64,000 nucleotides of DNA from an uncultured Candidatus Saccharibacteria bacterium. GTDB lineage: Bacteria > Patescibacteriota > Doudnabacteria > UBA920. Positions 45,901 through 56,262 of the stretch are shown one piece after another. The notes below the pieces were generated by a model. The model was not told the DNA's origin, did not search any database, and saw only the letters and a program-made list of their open reading frames with translations. Position 1 is the stretch's first letter. Each line of letters starts with the position of its first letter. Made by a program: the position numbers and the translations under genes. The stretch spans positions 3,151 to 67,150 of the forward strand of contig CAZLNP010000005.1 of the NCBI GenBank assembly GCA_964561085.1, in the 5' to 3' direction.

Positions 45901-46596
45901 ATGTCAGCAATAAAAAAAGATGATGTCACTAAATTAATAGGACAAGCACCGAAGAATTTAGATTTGTACATTTCAGCATTTACGCATCGTTCTTATTTGA
46001 ACGAAAACCGGGATTTCCATTTGCCTCACAATGAGCGCTTGGAATTTTTGGGTGATGCTGTATTGGAATTAATCTCCACTGAGTTTTTGTACAAAACTTA
46101 TGATCATCCGGAAGGTGAGCTTACTAACTTCCGAAGCGCGTTGGTTAACTACAAAATGTTGTCAGAAATTGCTGCCCGTTTGGGCTTTGAGCAATTTTTA
46201 TTAATGTCGCGTGGGGAAGCAAAAGATACTGGTCGTGCTCGCCAAGTAATTTTAGCTAACTGTATTGAAGCATTCATTGGGGCTGTGTATTTAGATTTGG
46301 GTTATGATGTGACCGCCGAATTCATCAAGAAAGAAGTTTTAGTTGAGTTGAAGCAAATCATCACCGATGGCTCTTACATGGATCCAAAGTCTAAATTGCA
46401 AGAGTTGGTGCAAGAGAAGCATGGTATTACTCCAACCTACGGAGTAGTTTCAGAAAGTGGACCTGACCACGATAAAATTTTTGTTGTTGCTAGTTATATG
46501 GCACAGAAAGAAATTGGTAGAGGTGAAGGACCGAGCAAGCAAGAAGGGGAAATTGCGGCAGCGGCAAATGCTTTAGAGAATATGGGAGTTAAATAA
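45901..46596 (+). CDS. rnc: ribonuclease III
   Basis: Signature ERLEFLGDAVLEL. Catalytic acidic residues. C-terminal dsRBD. Start placed at MSAIKKDD. Confidence 0.85.
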   Translation: MSAIKKDDVTKLIGQAPKNLDLYISAFTHRSYLNENRDFHLPHNERLEFLGDAVLELISTEFLYKTYDHPEGELTNFRSALVNYKMLSEIAARLGFEQFLLMSRGEAKDTGRARQVILANCIEAFIGAVYLDLGYDVTAEFIKKEVLVELKQIITDGSYMDPKSKLQELVQEKHGITPTYGVVSESGPDHDKIFVVASYMAQKEIGRGEGPSKQEGEIAAAANALENMGVK

Positions 46597-46814
46597 AATG
46601 ACAAATAAAATTGAGAGTGGGGGCTTTAACCCAGAATCAAATCAAGAAGAATTAGAAATTGACTAGTGGGGATAACTCGCGTTGACCGCCTAAGTAGCGA
46701 ATGTTATATTTGAGACACGAGATAATCTCCGAGTAACCAAACAAAGACAAAGATATCAGAAACGACTTCCTCATAAAGGGGAGGTCGTTTTTGTATGTTA
46801 TAATTATTAAAGTT

Positions 46815-49442
46815 ATGTATCTTAAACGACTTGAAACACAAGGGTTTAAATCATTCGCCAAGAAAACAGTTTTGGAGTTTGAAACCGGAATAACCGCCAT
46901 CGTGGGCCCAAACGGCAGTGGAAAATCTAACACTGCTGATTCTTTGCGTTGGGTTTTAGGAGAACAAAGTTCTAAGTTAATGCGCGGTAAAAAAAGCGAA
47001 GACGTAATCTTCGCCGGCTCAGACAAGAAAGCGCGTTCCGGCTTTGCGGAAGTAATCGCTACTTTCGACAACCGTGACCACAAAATTCCAATCGACTCTG
47101 CAGAGGTAAGCATCGGTCGTCGTATTTCACGTAGTGGTGAAAGTGAATATCTAATTAACGGCACTAAAGTTCGTTTGTTAGATATTGTTGACTTAGTTTT
47201 GAAATCAAATATCGGAACCTCCCGCTACACAGTTATTGGCCAGGGTACTATTGATCAAATGATTTTAGCTGGCCCACAAGAAATTAAAAATTTAATTGAT
47301 GAAGCTTCTGGTGTAAAAACATATTACATCAAACGGGACAGAACGCTTCGTCGCTTAGAACAGACTGCACAGAATTTGATGCGCGCTGAAGATTTGCTTC
47401 GCGAACTAGAGCCTCGTGTAAAATCACTTCGTCGCCAAGCAAAAAGAATGGAAGCCCGTGAAGTTATCGAGGTTGATTTAAAAGCTTTCCAAAAAGAATA
47501 TTTAGGATCGCAGTGGTGGACTTTGAAAGACTCGATTGATGGATTGCAAAAACAGTTAGGTGATTTACACTTACAACGTTCCCAGGTAGAGAACGTGATG
47601 GCTGCCCACTTGCAAAAAATAGAGCAGCACGAAAAAGAGAATGAACAAGCCTTGGGTGATTACAAACACGTTCAAGAAAAATTGCAGAAGCTTCAAGCGG
47701 AAAAGAATAGTTTGCTTGAACAAGTCAGTTTGATTCGTGGCAAAATGGCTAGTCAAAAAACAGGTGCTGGAGACAGTAATACTCTTCAAATTGATAGTCA
47801 TACCTTAGAGCAAAAAATTATTGAAATTGAAACTCAGCTAGCAGCTAGCGAAGCACAGCACAAGCAAGCAATTGAGCAGGCTACAAACCAAGAACAGGCT
47901 CTATCTGTTGTGAATGCACAATTAACAGAGTTGTATACTGCTTTGAGCAATCCGGCTGGAAGTGATTGGGCAGCCATAGAAGAACAGCTAACCACTCTAG
48001 ATAACACCTTTGCTCAGTTCGCTCGTATACTGGAAGATACAGATGATATTGGTCAAATTCGCAATGCTACTGCTGGTGTAATGCACGCATGGAAAGAGTT
48101 CAAAACTATTGCTGGTGAAGCAGCAAAGCACCCTGACTATAACAATAAACTTCAAGCGCAACTTCAAGAGCTAACCGCTCAAAAAGATAAGCTTGCTGCA
48201 GATCAAAATGTTTTGACTATGACCGCTTCTAAGGCCGCTATGACAAAAGATTTTTTGGCTGGGCAATTGGCCTCCCTTCAAAACGAAAAGTTGCATATTG
48301 ATTTGGAATTAAAGAAGGTATCAAGCGGGGGTAATCAGGATGATTATATTAAAGAGTTAGTTGCTGAGGAAAACAAGGTTCAAGAAAAAGTTGCAGCACT
48401 TACAGAACAAATTTCCACAATGGAATCTCAGATGCAAAGTTTTTATGATGCAGAGTCGAATTGGAAATCTGCAATCTCTGAGGAAGATAAGCGTTTCCGT
48501 TCACAACAAACTGAACTTGATCGTATTCGTGATAACGAAGCAAAAGTCCAAGTTGAAAAAGCTAAGTATGAAACTCAGTCTGACGCAATCGTTTCCGACA
48601 TTGTTGCTCAGCTAGGCAGTGAAATTTTAGATAAAATTCAAGCTCATCCAATTAAGAAAGAAACAGAAGGATTAACAGAAAAGATTAACAAGTTACAACA
48701 TCAGCTAAGTTTGATTGGTGGAGTAGATGAGTTAACACTTCAGGAATATCATGAGACCGAAAATCGTTATTCTACTTTAGAAAACCAAGTTTTGGATTTA
48801 AAGAAGAGCATGAACGATTTGCGTGAAGTAATGGATGAACTAGACGAACATATTAAAACTAAATTTAACGAATCTTTCCACAAAGTTAACACACAGTTTG
48901 AGCAGTACTTTAGAATGTTGTTTAATGGTGGCCGTGCGTACTTATCACTTGTAAAATCTAGTGAAGACAAAACTGAAGCCGAGACTGAATTAGAAGCTGA
49001 AGATGCTAAAGAAGCAGCTGAAGAAAAAGATGGTATGCGCCCAGAAGAGAAAATCATTGCAAAGTACGAAAAGGGTAGCTTGGCAGTGGCTGGTGTAGAA
49101 ATTCGTGCCACACCACCAAATAAAAAACTCTCAGCAATTCAATCACTTTCCGGTGGAGAACGCTCGCTAACTTCAATCGCGCTTCTATGTAGTTTGTTAA
49201 CATGCTTCCCATCACCATTCGTTGTGCTAGATGAGGTTGATGCTGCACTTGATGAAGCCAATACTATCCGTTTTGGACAAATCTTGGGCAAGCTGTCTCA
49301 TCAAACCCAGTTCATCACCATTACCCATAATCGCGAGACTATGTCGCAGGCGAATATTATTTACGGTGTGACTATGGGCGATGATGGCATCTCTCAACTA
49401 CTTTCCATCAAGATGGATCAGGCGAAAACTTACGCGAAATAG
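46815..49442 (+). CDS. smc: SMC-like chromosome-segregation ATPase (short form, no recognisable hinge)
   Basis: N-terminal Walker A GPNGSGKSN after MYLKRLETQGFKSF. Long coiled-coil. C-terminal signature LSGGERSLTSIAL and Walker B VVLDEVDAALD. 876 aa. Confidence 0.75.
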   Translation: MYLKRLETQGFKSFAKKTVLEFETGITAIVGPNGSGKSNTADSLRWVLGEQSSKLMRGKKSEDVIFAGSDKKARSGFAEVIATFDNRDHKIPIDSAEVSIGRRISRSGESEYLINGTKVRLLDIVDLVLKSNIGTSRYTVIGQGTIDQMILAGPQEIKNLIDEASGVKTYYIKRDRTLRRLEQTAQNLMRAEDLLRELEPRVKSLRRQAKRMEAREVIEVDLKAFQKEYLGSQWWTLKDSIDGLQKQLGDLHLQRSQVENVMAAHLQKIEQHEKENEQALGDYKHVQEKLQKLQAEKNSLLEQVSLIRGKMASQKTGAGDSNTLQIDSHTLEQKIIEIETQLAASEAQHKQAIEQATNQEQALSVVNAQLTELYTALSNPAGSDWAAIEEQLTTLDNTFAQFARILEDTDDIGQIRNATAGVMHAWKEFKTIAGEAAKHPDYNNKLQAQLQELTAQKDKLAADQNVLTMTASKAAMTKDFLAGQLASLQNEKLHIDLELKKVSSGGNQDDYIKELVAEENKVQEKVAALTEQISTMESQMQSFYDAESNWKSAISEEDKRFRSQQTELDRIRDNEAKVQVEKAKYETQSDAIVSDIVAQLGSEILDKIQAHPIKKETEGLTEKINKLQHQLSLIGGVDELTLQEYHETENRYSTLENQVLDLKKSMNDLREVMDELDEHIKTKFNESFHKVNTQFEQYFRMLFNGGRAYLSLVKSSEDKTEAETELEAEDAKEAAEEKDGMRPEEKIIAKYEKGSLAVAGVEIRATPPNKKLSAIQSLSGGERSLTSIALLCSLLTCFPSPFVVLDEVDAALDEANTIRFGQILGKLSHQTQFITITHNRETMSQANIIYGVTMGDDGISQLLSIKMDQAKTYAK

Positions 49443-49573
49443 GCGCAAAGCCTTCAAATTAACAACCTTGACTAAAAGGGCTTCTGGTGGTAAACTATGG
49501 AAGTCCTTTTTATCTTTGAGACCGTCAAACTCAATAGATAAAACAATTTTATAGATCAATTTAAGTTATTTAA

Positions 49574-50059
49574 ATGTTAACTATCCGCCTACAACGCGCT
49601 GGTAAAAAGAATAAACCGGAATACCGAGTTATTCTTGCAGATAAAACTGCAGCTGCGCAAAAGAAATTTACCGAGATCCTCGGTTCTTATAATCCACACA
49701 CTAAAGCTTTGAACATTCGTAGCCAAGAACGTCTGGATTACTGGATGAAAGAACAACACGTACCACTTTCTGCTACAGTGCAAAACCTTTTTGTCACTAA
49801 AGAAATTATCAAAGGTACTAAGACTAAAGCTTTTACAATTCCTAAGAAGGAAGTAGTAGCTGAAGAAGTTAAAGAAGATGTTGCTACAGATGCACCAGTT
49901 GCTGAAGCTCCTGCCGAAACTTCAACAGAAGTTGTTGCAGAAGCAGAGACTCCAGTTACACCTGAAGCTCCAGCAGAAGCTCCTGCTCCTGAAGTTGCAC
50001 CAGTAGAAACTCCTGTTGAAGTAGTTGCTGAAGAGGCTAAAGAAGAAGAAAAAGCTTAA
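49574..50059 (+). CDS. rpsP: 30S ribosomal protein S16 with Ala/Pro/Glu-rich C-terminal extension
   Basis: MLTIRLQRAGKKNKPEYRVILADKTAAAQKKFTEILGSYNPHT matches S16. About 75-aa low-complexity tail. Terminator at 50062..50095. Confidence 0.85.
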   Translation: MLTIRLQRAGKKNKPEYRVILADKTAAAQKKFTEILGSYNPHTKALNIRSQERLDYWMKEQHVPLSATVQNLFVTKEIIKGTKTKAFTIPKKEVVAEEVKEDVATDAPVAEAPAETSTEVVAEAETPVTPEAPAEAPAPEVAPVETPVEVVAEEAKEEEKA

Positions 50060-50236
50060 CCAAACATAATCCCGCCTTTACGGTGGGATTTTTTGTGTCC
50101 AAATAGACCCCTTGACATAATCGTAAGATTGTACTATGATACTACGAAATTTTAGCGTATAATAAGGTTACAATTTCATTATGGCTATGATTCACTGGCC
50201 ATGGTTGTACATTCCGAATTACATTAGGGGGTAATT

Positions 50237-51634
50237 ATGAAGAACAGATTAGTATGTTTTGTCGTTCTTGCGATTGTGGTTTTAATGCCGCATTCGCTAA
50301 ACGCTCAGACTCGCCAACTCTCATTGAGAGGAATAGTGAGAGAGCTTGTTGTGGAAATGGATGCTGGGCGTTCGGAAAGTAAGTATTTTCTAGAAGTTGA
50401 TGGAGACTCTTATCCGTTAACAACGAAATTAGATCTAAGTTCGCTTGCGAACTATAAGGTCGAAGTTCTTGGGAAACTTACCAACAACACCGTTCGCGTT
50501 TCTAGTGCCTTGCCTTTGGAAGAGATTCCGGAAGTTAGACAAAAGATCTTTCCCAATGGTATGCACTCCTTTGATGTCGAATCAAAGGAAGATCACAGGC
50601 TTGCGGTGTTCACGCCTGCTCCAACAGAAGGTATTAGGAATATAGGTTTCTTTGGTTTTAAGTTTTCTGATGATCTTAGTGAACCGCTTAGTCCTGAGCA
50701 AATTTACAACCTTACGTTGGCCTCTGATGTTCAAGGTCCAACGCTCAAGGGGCTTATTGATAAGGCTGCTGGGTCAAAATTCTCGATTACTGGATTAGTG
50801 CATCCTGAATGGATTACTATTCCTCATACTCGAGCTTTCTGCGCAGCTGGTGCAAATATGTTTAATGCTTGCACTAATTCAGCGAAGAGTCTCTTGCAAG
50901 ATCGAGGTGTAATCCTTTCCTCTTATAAAACATTAGCCTTTTTCCATCCACCCATTCCTGGTAGCACTGTTGGCCCTATGGCCACCCAAGGAGTAAAGGG
51001 CGATTCAAGTGTTCAGGGAACAATATGGGTGCCATTAACACCTTCGGCCATCAGCAGGCTTCCACAGATCTTAGCTCATGAGTTAGGTCACAATCTTGGT
51101 TTTGGCCACTCTGGTGCAATGGGCGGTGATGGACAAGTTTACACCGTCGCAGATAGAGGTTGCTATATGGGTGGTTCGATGGCGATGCTAAATATTTATT
51201 ATAGGATAATGGCTGGCTGGGTTACAGGTAAAATAGTAACCATCAGCGGTCCAGGAACTTATGATGTGTATTTGCACCCAGCAGATAAAGTAGTAAAAGG
51301 GAATAAAGGTGTGGTTATCCAAACCCGTGATTCTAATGGAGTGCAACATGCTGACCTCACTTTTATCGAGGCGAGGAGGTTATTGCTACCATATGAGGAT
51401 TTCCTCCAAAACATGTCCTATGCCACTGGGGCAATTATCAGGAAAGGGTTGCAAGATATGACCTTGGCGCAAAGTGTGCCAACGGTGCTACCAACATCAA
51501 CCAATCCCAATCCTGACTTTAACCCATTACAATTGGGAGATGTTTATACTGACTCAACTAAGGGACTGACTGTTCAGCATTTTCCATCTTCGATTTCCAG
51601 AGGGATGTGGCTTCGGATTACTCTTAACCAGTGA
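50237..51634 (+). CDS. secreted zinc metalloprotease (metzincin-like HExxHxxGxxH)
   Basis: Signal peptide MKNRLVCFVVLAIVVLMPHSLNA. HELGHNLGFGHS zinc-binding motif. Confidence 0.65.
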   Translation: MKNRLVCFVVLAIVVLMPHSLNAQTRQLSLRGIVRELVVEMDAGRSESKYFLEVDGDSYPLTTKLDLSSLANYKVEVLGKLTNNTVRVSSALPLEEIPEVRQKIFPNGMHSFDVESKEDHRLAVFTPAPTEGIRNIGFFGFKFSDDLSEPLSPEQIYNLTLASDVQGPTLKGLIDKAAGSKFSITGLVHPEWITIPHTRAFCAAGANMFNACTNSAKSLLQDRGVILSSYKTLAFFHPPIPGSTVGPMATQGVKGDSSVQGTIWVPLTPSAISRLPQILAHELGHNLGFGHSGAMGGDGQVYTVADRGCYMGGSMAMLNIYYRIMAGWVTGKIVTISGPGTYDVYLHPADKVVKGNKGVVIQTRDSNGVQHADLTFIEARRLLLPYEDFLQNMSYATGAIIRKGLQDMTLAQSVPTVLPTSTNPNPDFNPLQLGDVYTDSTKGLTVQHFPSSISRGMWLRITLNQ

Positions 51635-51770
51635 TTCGGAGTAGTACCCCCTACTGTGAATATTTTGGCCGCGCTTCAATGTAAGTGCGGTCTTTTTTTT
51701 TGACTTTAGTTAAAATTTATGCTATACTAATCGTAGATTACTTAGTGCAAGAAATAAAAAAAATACAAAA

Positions 51771-52247
51771 ATGAATAAGAAGATAGAACTCATCGCAATT
51801 ATTGTTGGTCTTGGGGCTGTTGTAGCCGCAGGTTTTTATTTTTATAACCAACAGAATTTAGATAAAGTTGCAGAGATTGAGAACGTACCCTTCTCAGTAG
51901 ATAAAAAAGAACTTAATACAACACAGGTTCCAAGTGGATTTCCTGCAGATTTCCCAGTAGAACCGGGGTCTCGCATAGTAAAGAACTATGAAGCTACTAC
52001 TAGCGACGGAAGACTTCAGTCTACTAGGTCTCTCACAACAAATAAAACCTTAGAACAAGCCGCACAAAGCTACGCTGATTATTTCATCGATCTTGGTTGG
52101 ACTGAAGTTGAGTCTCAAAATCCAGATTCTAATACTTCTAATTCGTTATTGCGAAGAAAAGATAATATATTGCTGATAGTTGCTAGGAACAATCCTGCTA
52201 CTAAAGAAAAAACAGTGGAAGTTACTCTCACTGAAGCAGCTAAATAA
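51771..52247 (+). CDS. membrane-anchored hypothetical protein (paralog of 55689..56177)
   Basis: N-terminal TM helix. Shares ...P.GFP...P.EP......NY.A...DGR.Q.TR...T.KTL......Y..Y....GW..ES......KTV...LTE with the downstream paralog. Confidence 0.55.
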   Translation: MNKKIELIAIIVGLGAVVAAGFYFYNQQNLDKVAEIENVPFSVDKKELNTTQVPSGFPADFPVEPGSRIVKNYEATTSDGRLQSTRSLTTNKTLEQAAQSYADYFIDLGWTEVESQNPDSNTSNSLLRRKDNILLIVARNNPATKEKTVEVTLTEAAK

Positions 52248-52264
52248 AACAAAAATTAATAATT

Positions 52265-55200
52265 ATGAAAATCAAAAATTTTTACATTTCATTTATAGCA
52301 GCTGCAATTACATTAAGTTCTTTTGTTCCTGTTTTACCAGCTGAAGTACTTCCCCGAGTTTTAGAAACAAAAGTAGTTAGAGCAGCAGAAGATCAACCAA
52401 ACTGGTTCCAAGTAAGCGTTAAAGATCATAATTGTAGCGACCAAACAGGCTCTTCTTCTTTAGTAGGTCCTAATGGATCAGCTGCGGCTACAGATTCAAA
52501 CGCAAAGGACCCTGATTGTGGTAATATTAGTTTTAATACTTCTAGTGTCTCAGGTGTTGGTTTAACTGAGACTATATATAACAATGACTTCCGTATTGGC
52601 ACTAGACTAGCAGAAAGCGAAAGTGGTTGTAGTCGTGATGCTGGTGATATCCGTTGGACACCATGGGCGTCTGAAGGCGGAGGAGCCGGTTGGGGTGCAA
52701 CAGCAAACTCAAACGTTAACGATCCAGACTGTTTATGGATTCATTATGAAACTCGTCCTTTGCCAGCTGGAATCTTAATTCAAGATGTTCGCGCCGGAAT
52801 TTCTACAGGACACGGTGGTTTTGCATTTACCCCTTGGGCTCGCCAAGGTGGCGGATCTTCATCTTATTCTGGTGGTGGTAACATAAGCCCAGCTAGATTA
52901 TTTTTGGATGTGAGATTAGTAGATGTATATGATGCAGAGTATGTTTCTGATACTGTTCCAGCTTCAATGAACCGTGGGCAGAGTGGAGACTATGAGATTG
53001 TAATGAAGAACAAAGCAACCACTTGGCAAACAGATTTCCCTTCATATGCACAAACAGATGAATGCTCTTCTCAACAGCCAGAAGATGTTCAAGAGGGAGA
53101 AACTTGTACTGCTGTTGTTCAAGGTCATTCTACAAAAATCAAGCTAAAAAGCTTAAATGATATTACTGGCATAACCACAACCCCGGAGCCAGAATTAGAA
53201 TATCGTCGTGAAATAGTTCGTGAATATGTAGCTGCGGATGTGTGTATTAACTTCGATGGTTCTTTTGCAGGCCCAAGCGGTGGCGGTGTAGAAGGTGGTG
53301 GCGACGAAGGAATTAAGGGTGGTTTTTTGACACCTTTAATTAAAACAGCACAAGCGTTGCGTCTGCCAGATGATATTGAACCAGGCGACACAGGTCCTTA
53401 TTGTAATGAATGGGGATATATGTTTGCGCTAGTTAACCAAACTCCTACAAATATGAACATCGTAAATGAAGACGATGGATCATTCCCAATCTCGGTGCAG
53501 ATTGGTGCTACAGCCACTAATGGTACTCATACTTTGCAGTACCAGATGGTAAATTTAGATACAAATGAACTCTTCGGTGAAATTGCTAACATTGATATCT
53601 CTATTGGTGCTGGGTTAAACTGCGGCTTAGATGTCACTGTTCCTGTGGGAACCGAAGCGCAATATGCTATCGCGGCAACTGGAACCCCTTCTGCTCCAAT
53701 TTCTGTCACTATGTCTAGCGCGCCAACCGGTCCAACAATGATTAATAACCCGCCAGTTCAGAACAATCCATTAGTCCTGAACTCGGGAAATAGTTTCGCA
53801 GGCACAGCTTATGTCGCTACAACAGGATTAACCGCTGGTTCATACATCCTAACTTTTACAGGCGATAACGGAAGCAGTTGTCAGTCAAATTTGCTGCTAA
53901 CAGCAATACAACCAACCGTAAGCCTATTCTTTAATGGTTCCGGTACTCCTGTTGTGTTAGGTGTTGGTATAACTTCTGGAACTCTCAGTTGGACGACAGA
54001 AAATGCTGCTAGTTGTACCGCATCGACTAACCCAGGTACTAATTCCATTACTCCACAATGGGACAATTCAACTGTTATTAGTTTGCCTGATGGCTCTCTG
54101 GCAGTATCAAACATTCAACCTGGTATTTTATATACCTTTGCTATTACATGCACTAGTAGTACTGGCGATTCTACATATGGCTCAGTCCAAGTTTCAACAA
54201 CCGCAGTTGTCCCACCAGTTCCTACAGCTAATATTCAATGTCAGGGATCGGTACGTGGTATAACAGAAGGTCCTTGTGGAATTGGTTACGGTGAGTCAGG
54301 AACAATTTTCTGGTCATCAACAGATGCTACCGCATGTTCCATTGATAATGGTATAGGTAGTGGCCTTGATCCAAATAATTCTACTATTGGAGTTTCAACA
54401 GGAAACTTGTATTCAACTACTACTTTCACAATTACATGTAGCGGACCTGGCGGAACAAGCGCACCTGACTCCGTTGTATTTGATGTTCCAACTGTTCAGC
54501 CATCATTCACGCTAACATGTACCCCTGCATCAATTAGTCTTCCACAAGGAAGCACTGGTAGTTTTGATCTAGAAACAACAGGGCTTTATGGTTTCGCAGA
54601 TAGAGTTGATTTCTCAAACACTGATATATCTCCAAGACCGGATACTGCACCAGGAATTACTTTTGACAACAATGGACAAGTTCCAGATGCGGTAACAACT
54701 GCATTAGTCGATACTTCAGGTGCAACCCCTGGAATTTTCACTTTAACATTTGAAGGCACTGGTGGTGGCAATACAGAAAGCTGTAGCGTAGAATTAGAAA
54801 TTACTTCTATTAATCCACCTACAGTAGACATTGCTGTCACTGCATCAAATGCTAATTGTGGAACTATCGACATATCATGGAAAAACCCTGGAGGTTCTCC
54901 GGACCCAGGCTCCTTCCGTGTTTACCACAGACTTACTACTAAAGAACCATGGGTTCAAATAGGTGAAAAAGATACTACTTATGATCCTAGTGGTTCATAT
55001 GTGGTGACTCACTCCGAGAGCCCACCATTAAGCTTAGATTCTTCTAATTACTATGCAGTCACAGCTCTATTTAGCGGAATAGAATCTGATTATGTACTTG
55101 CAGACCCTACTTCTATCATTCCTCAAGCCTGTTCGCCAAACACAAGCCGTTCAGATAAAGACGTACTTTCTGTAGCTGGTCAAATTAATAAAACCTTTAA

Positions 55201-55660
55201 CGCAGTAGCGTGTAGTGGTGTATCAGAAATTGCTTCTCTACCAAATAATGCTGTGTTTGCACCTGGAGATAGGGTTACTTTCCAAATTAACGTTTGTAAT
55301 TCAGGAGCAGGAACACTTACTGGTGTTTCAGTCTTCGATACCCTGAAGAACCTTTCAGGTGTTACAGATATCAGTTCGCCACAGGGATGTATAAATGGTC
55401 AAAATTACGATGAAAAGAGCGGTACTATTAGCTTTGACCTAGCTGATATTGGCCCTGGGGATGTTTCAACTCAGTCTTGTAGCATAGTATTCACAGCTAC
55501 AGTGACTGCACCAGAGGCTGCTACAGGAGCTCTATACAGATTCCAAAATATTGCTAACATCACAACCAACGAATTGGCTCAGTATCAAGTTCTAACACCA
55601 CCATATTTGTTTAGCTTAACTGGCGGTGTGCCAGACCGTACTGAAACAGCTCCTAATTAA
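52265..55660 (+). CDS. large secreted Thr/Ser/Gly-rich surface protein (1131 aa), probable adhesin-like
   Basis: Signal peptide. Repeated beta-rich segments and Cys pairs. FN3/Ig-like stretch ...NCGTIDISWKNPGGSPDPGSFRVYHR.... Confidence 0.6.
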   Translation: MKIKNFYISFIAAAITLSSFVPVLPAEVLPRVLETKVVRAAEDQPNWFQVSVKDHNCSDQTGSSSLVGPNGSAAATDSNAKDPDCGNISFNTSSVSGVGLTETIYNNDFRIGTRLAESESGCSRDAGDIRWTPWASEGGGAGWGATANSNVNDPDCLWIHYETRPLPAGILIQDVRAGISTGHGGFAFTPWARQGGGSSSYSGGGNISPARLFLDVRLVDVYDAEYVSDTVPASMNRGQSGDYEIVMKNKATTWQTDFPSYAQTDECSSQQPEDVQEGETCTAVVQGHSTKIKLKSLNDITGITTTPEPELEYRREIVREYVAADVCINFDGSFAGPSGGGVEGGGDEGIKGGFLTPLIKTAQALRLPDDIEPGDTGPYCNEWGYMFALVNQTPTNMNIVNEDDGSFPISVQIGATATNGTHTLQYQMVNLDTNELFGEIANIDISIGAGLNCGLDVTVPVGTEAQYAIAATGTPSAPISVTMSSAPTGPTMINNPPVQNNPLVLNSGNSFAGTAYVATTGLTAGSYILTFTGDNGSSCQSNLLLTAIQPTVSLFFNGSGTPVVLGVGITSGTLSWTTENAASCTASTNPGTNSITPQWDNSTVISLPDGSLAVSNIQPGILYTFAITCTSSTGDSTYGSVQVSTTAVVPPVPTANIQCQGSVRGITEGPCGIGYGESGTIFWSSTDATACSIDNGIGSGLDPNNSTIGVSTGNLYSTTTFTITCSGPGGTSAPDSVVFDVPTVQPSFTLTCTPASISLPQGSTGSFDLETTGLYGFADRVDFSNTDISPRPDTAPGITFDNNGQVPDAVTTALVDTSGATPGIFTLTFEGTGGGNTESCSVELEITSINPPTVDIAVTASNANCGTIDISWKNPGGSPDPGSFRVYHRLTTKEPWVQIGEKDTTYDPSGSYVVTHSESPPLSLDSSNYYAVTALFSGIESDYVLADPTSIIPQACSPNTSRSDKDVLSVAGQINKTFNAVACSGVSEIASLPNNAVFAPGDRVTFQINVCNSGAGTLTGVSVFDTLKNLSGVTDISSPQGCINGQNYDEKSGTISFDLADIGPGDVSTQSCSIVFTATVTAPEAATGALYRFQNIANITTNELAQYQVLTPPYLFSLTGGVPDRTETAPN

Positions 55661-55688
55661 GAGTTAGTAAAAATAATATACAAACAAA

Positions 55689-56177
55689 ATGAATTACGAA
55701 GACTCTGTTAAAAAAATTCTAGTAGTTATAATCATGATTGTGGCATTTGCCATAGGAACTACTTTGGTTGTAAGTCTGTTTATGAATGATTCAGGCGCAC
55801 CATCAACTCAGCAGGCAGACGATAATAGCATTGTTGAAAAAAGTGATGTATCCGACAGTCGGTTACCAGATAAGTTCCCCACAAATCTACCTACAGAACC
55901 GAATGCAGTAGTGACTCAAAATTATAATGCTGTTGCGGATGATGGTAGATTCCAAGCAACAAGAACTTACGAGACTACAAAGACTTTGTCGGAGAACTTA
56001 ACTATTTATAGACAGTACTTAAATAGCAATGGCTGGGATATCGAGTCTACTGTTGACCAACCGACTTACAAAAAAATTAGTGGTAAAAAAGGAATTCAAA
56101 AGCTTCAAGTTTCTATTAGTGAAAATGAAACTACTAAAGTTAAAACCGTTTCTATTTCCTTGACCGAGCTTCCTTAA
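55689..56177 (+). CDS. membrane-anchored hypothetical protein (paralog of 51771..52247)
   Basis: See 51771..52247. N-terminal TM helix ILVVIIMIVAFAIGTTLVVSLF. Confidence 0.55.
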   Translation: MNYEDSVKKILVVIIMIVAFAIGTTLVVSLFMNDSGAPSTQQADDNSIVEKSDVSDSRLPDKFPTNLPTEPNAVVTQNYNAVADDGRFQATRTYETTKTLSENLTIYRQYLNSNGWDIESTVDQPTYKKISGKKGIQKLQVSISENETTKVKTVSISLTELP

Positions 56178-56262
56178 TTTGATATGATGCGAGTGCAATA
56201 GAGGCTCAGTTAGAAAAGGTCGAAGCCAACACTTCTATAGCAGAAAATCTAACAGAACGAAC

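Noticed and set aside
46652-47164. 170-aa minus-strand ORF.
   Set aside because: It is antisense to the well-supported N-terminal Walker A region of smc (46815..). It has an unusual Ser/Leu/Pro-rich composition typical of antisense frames.
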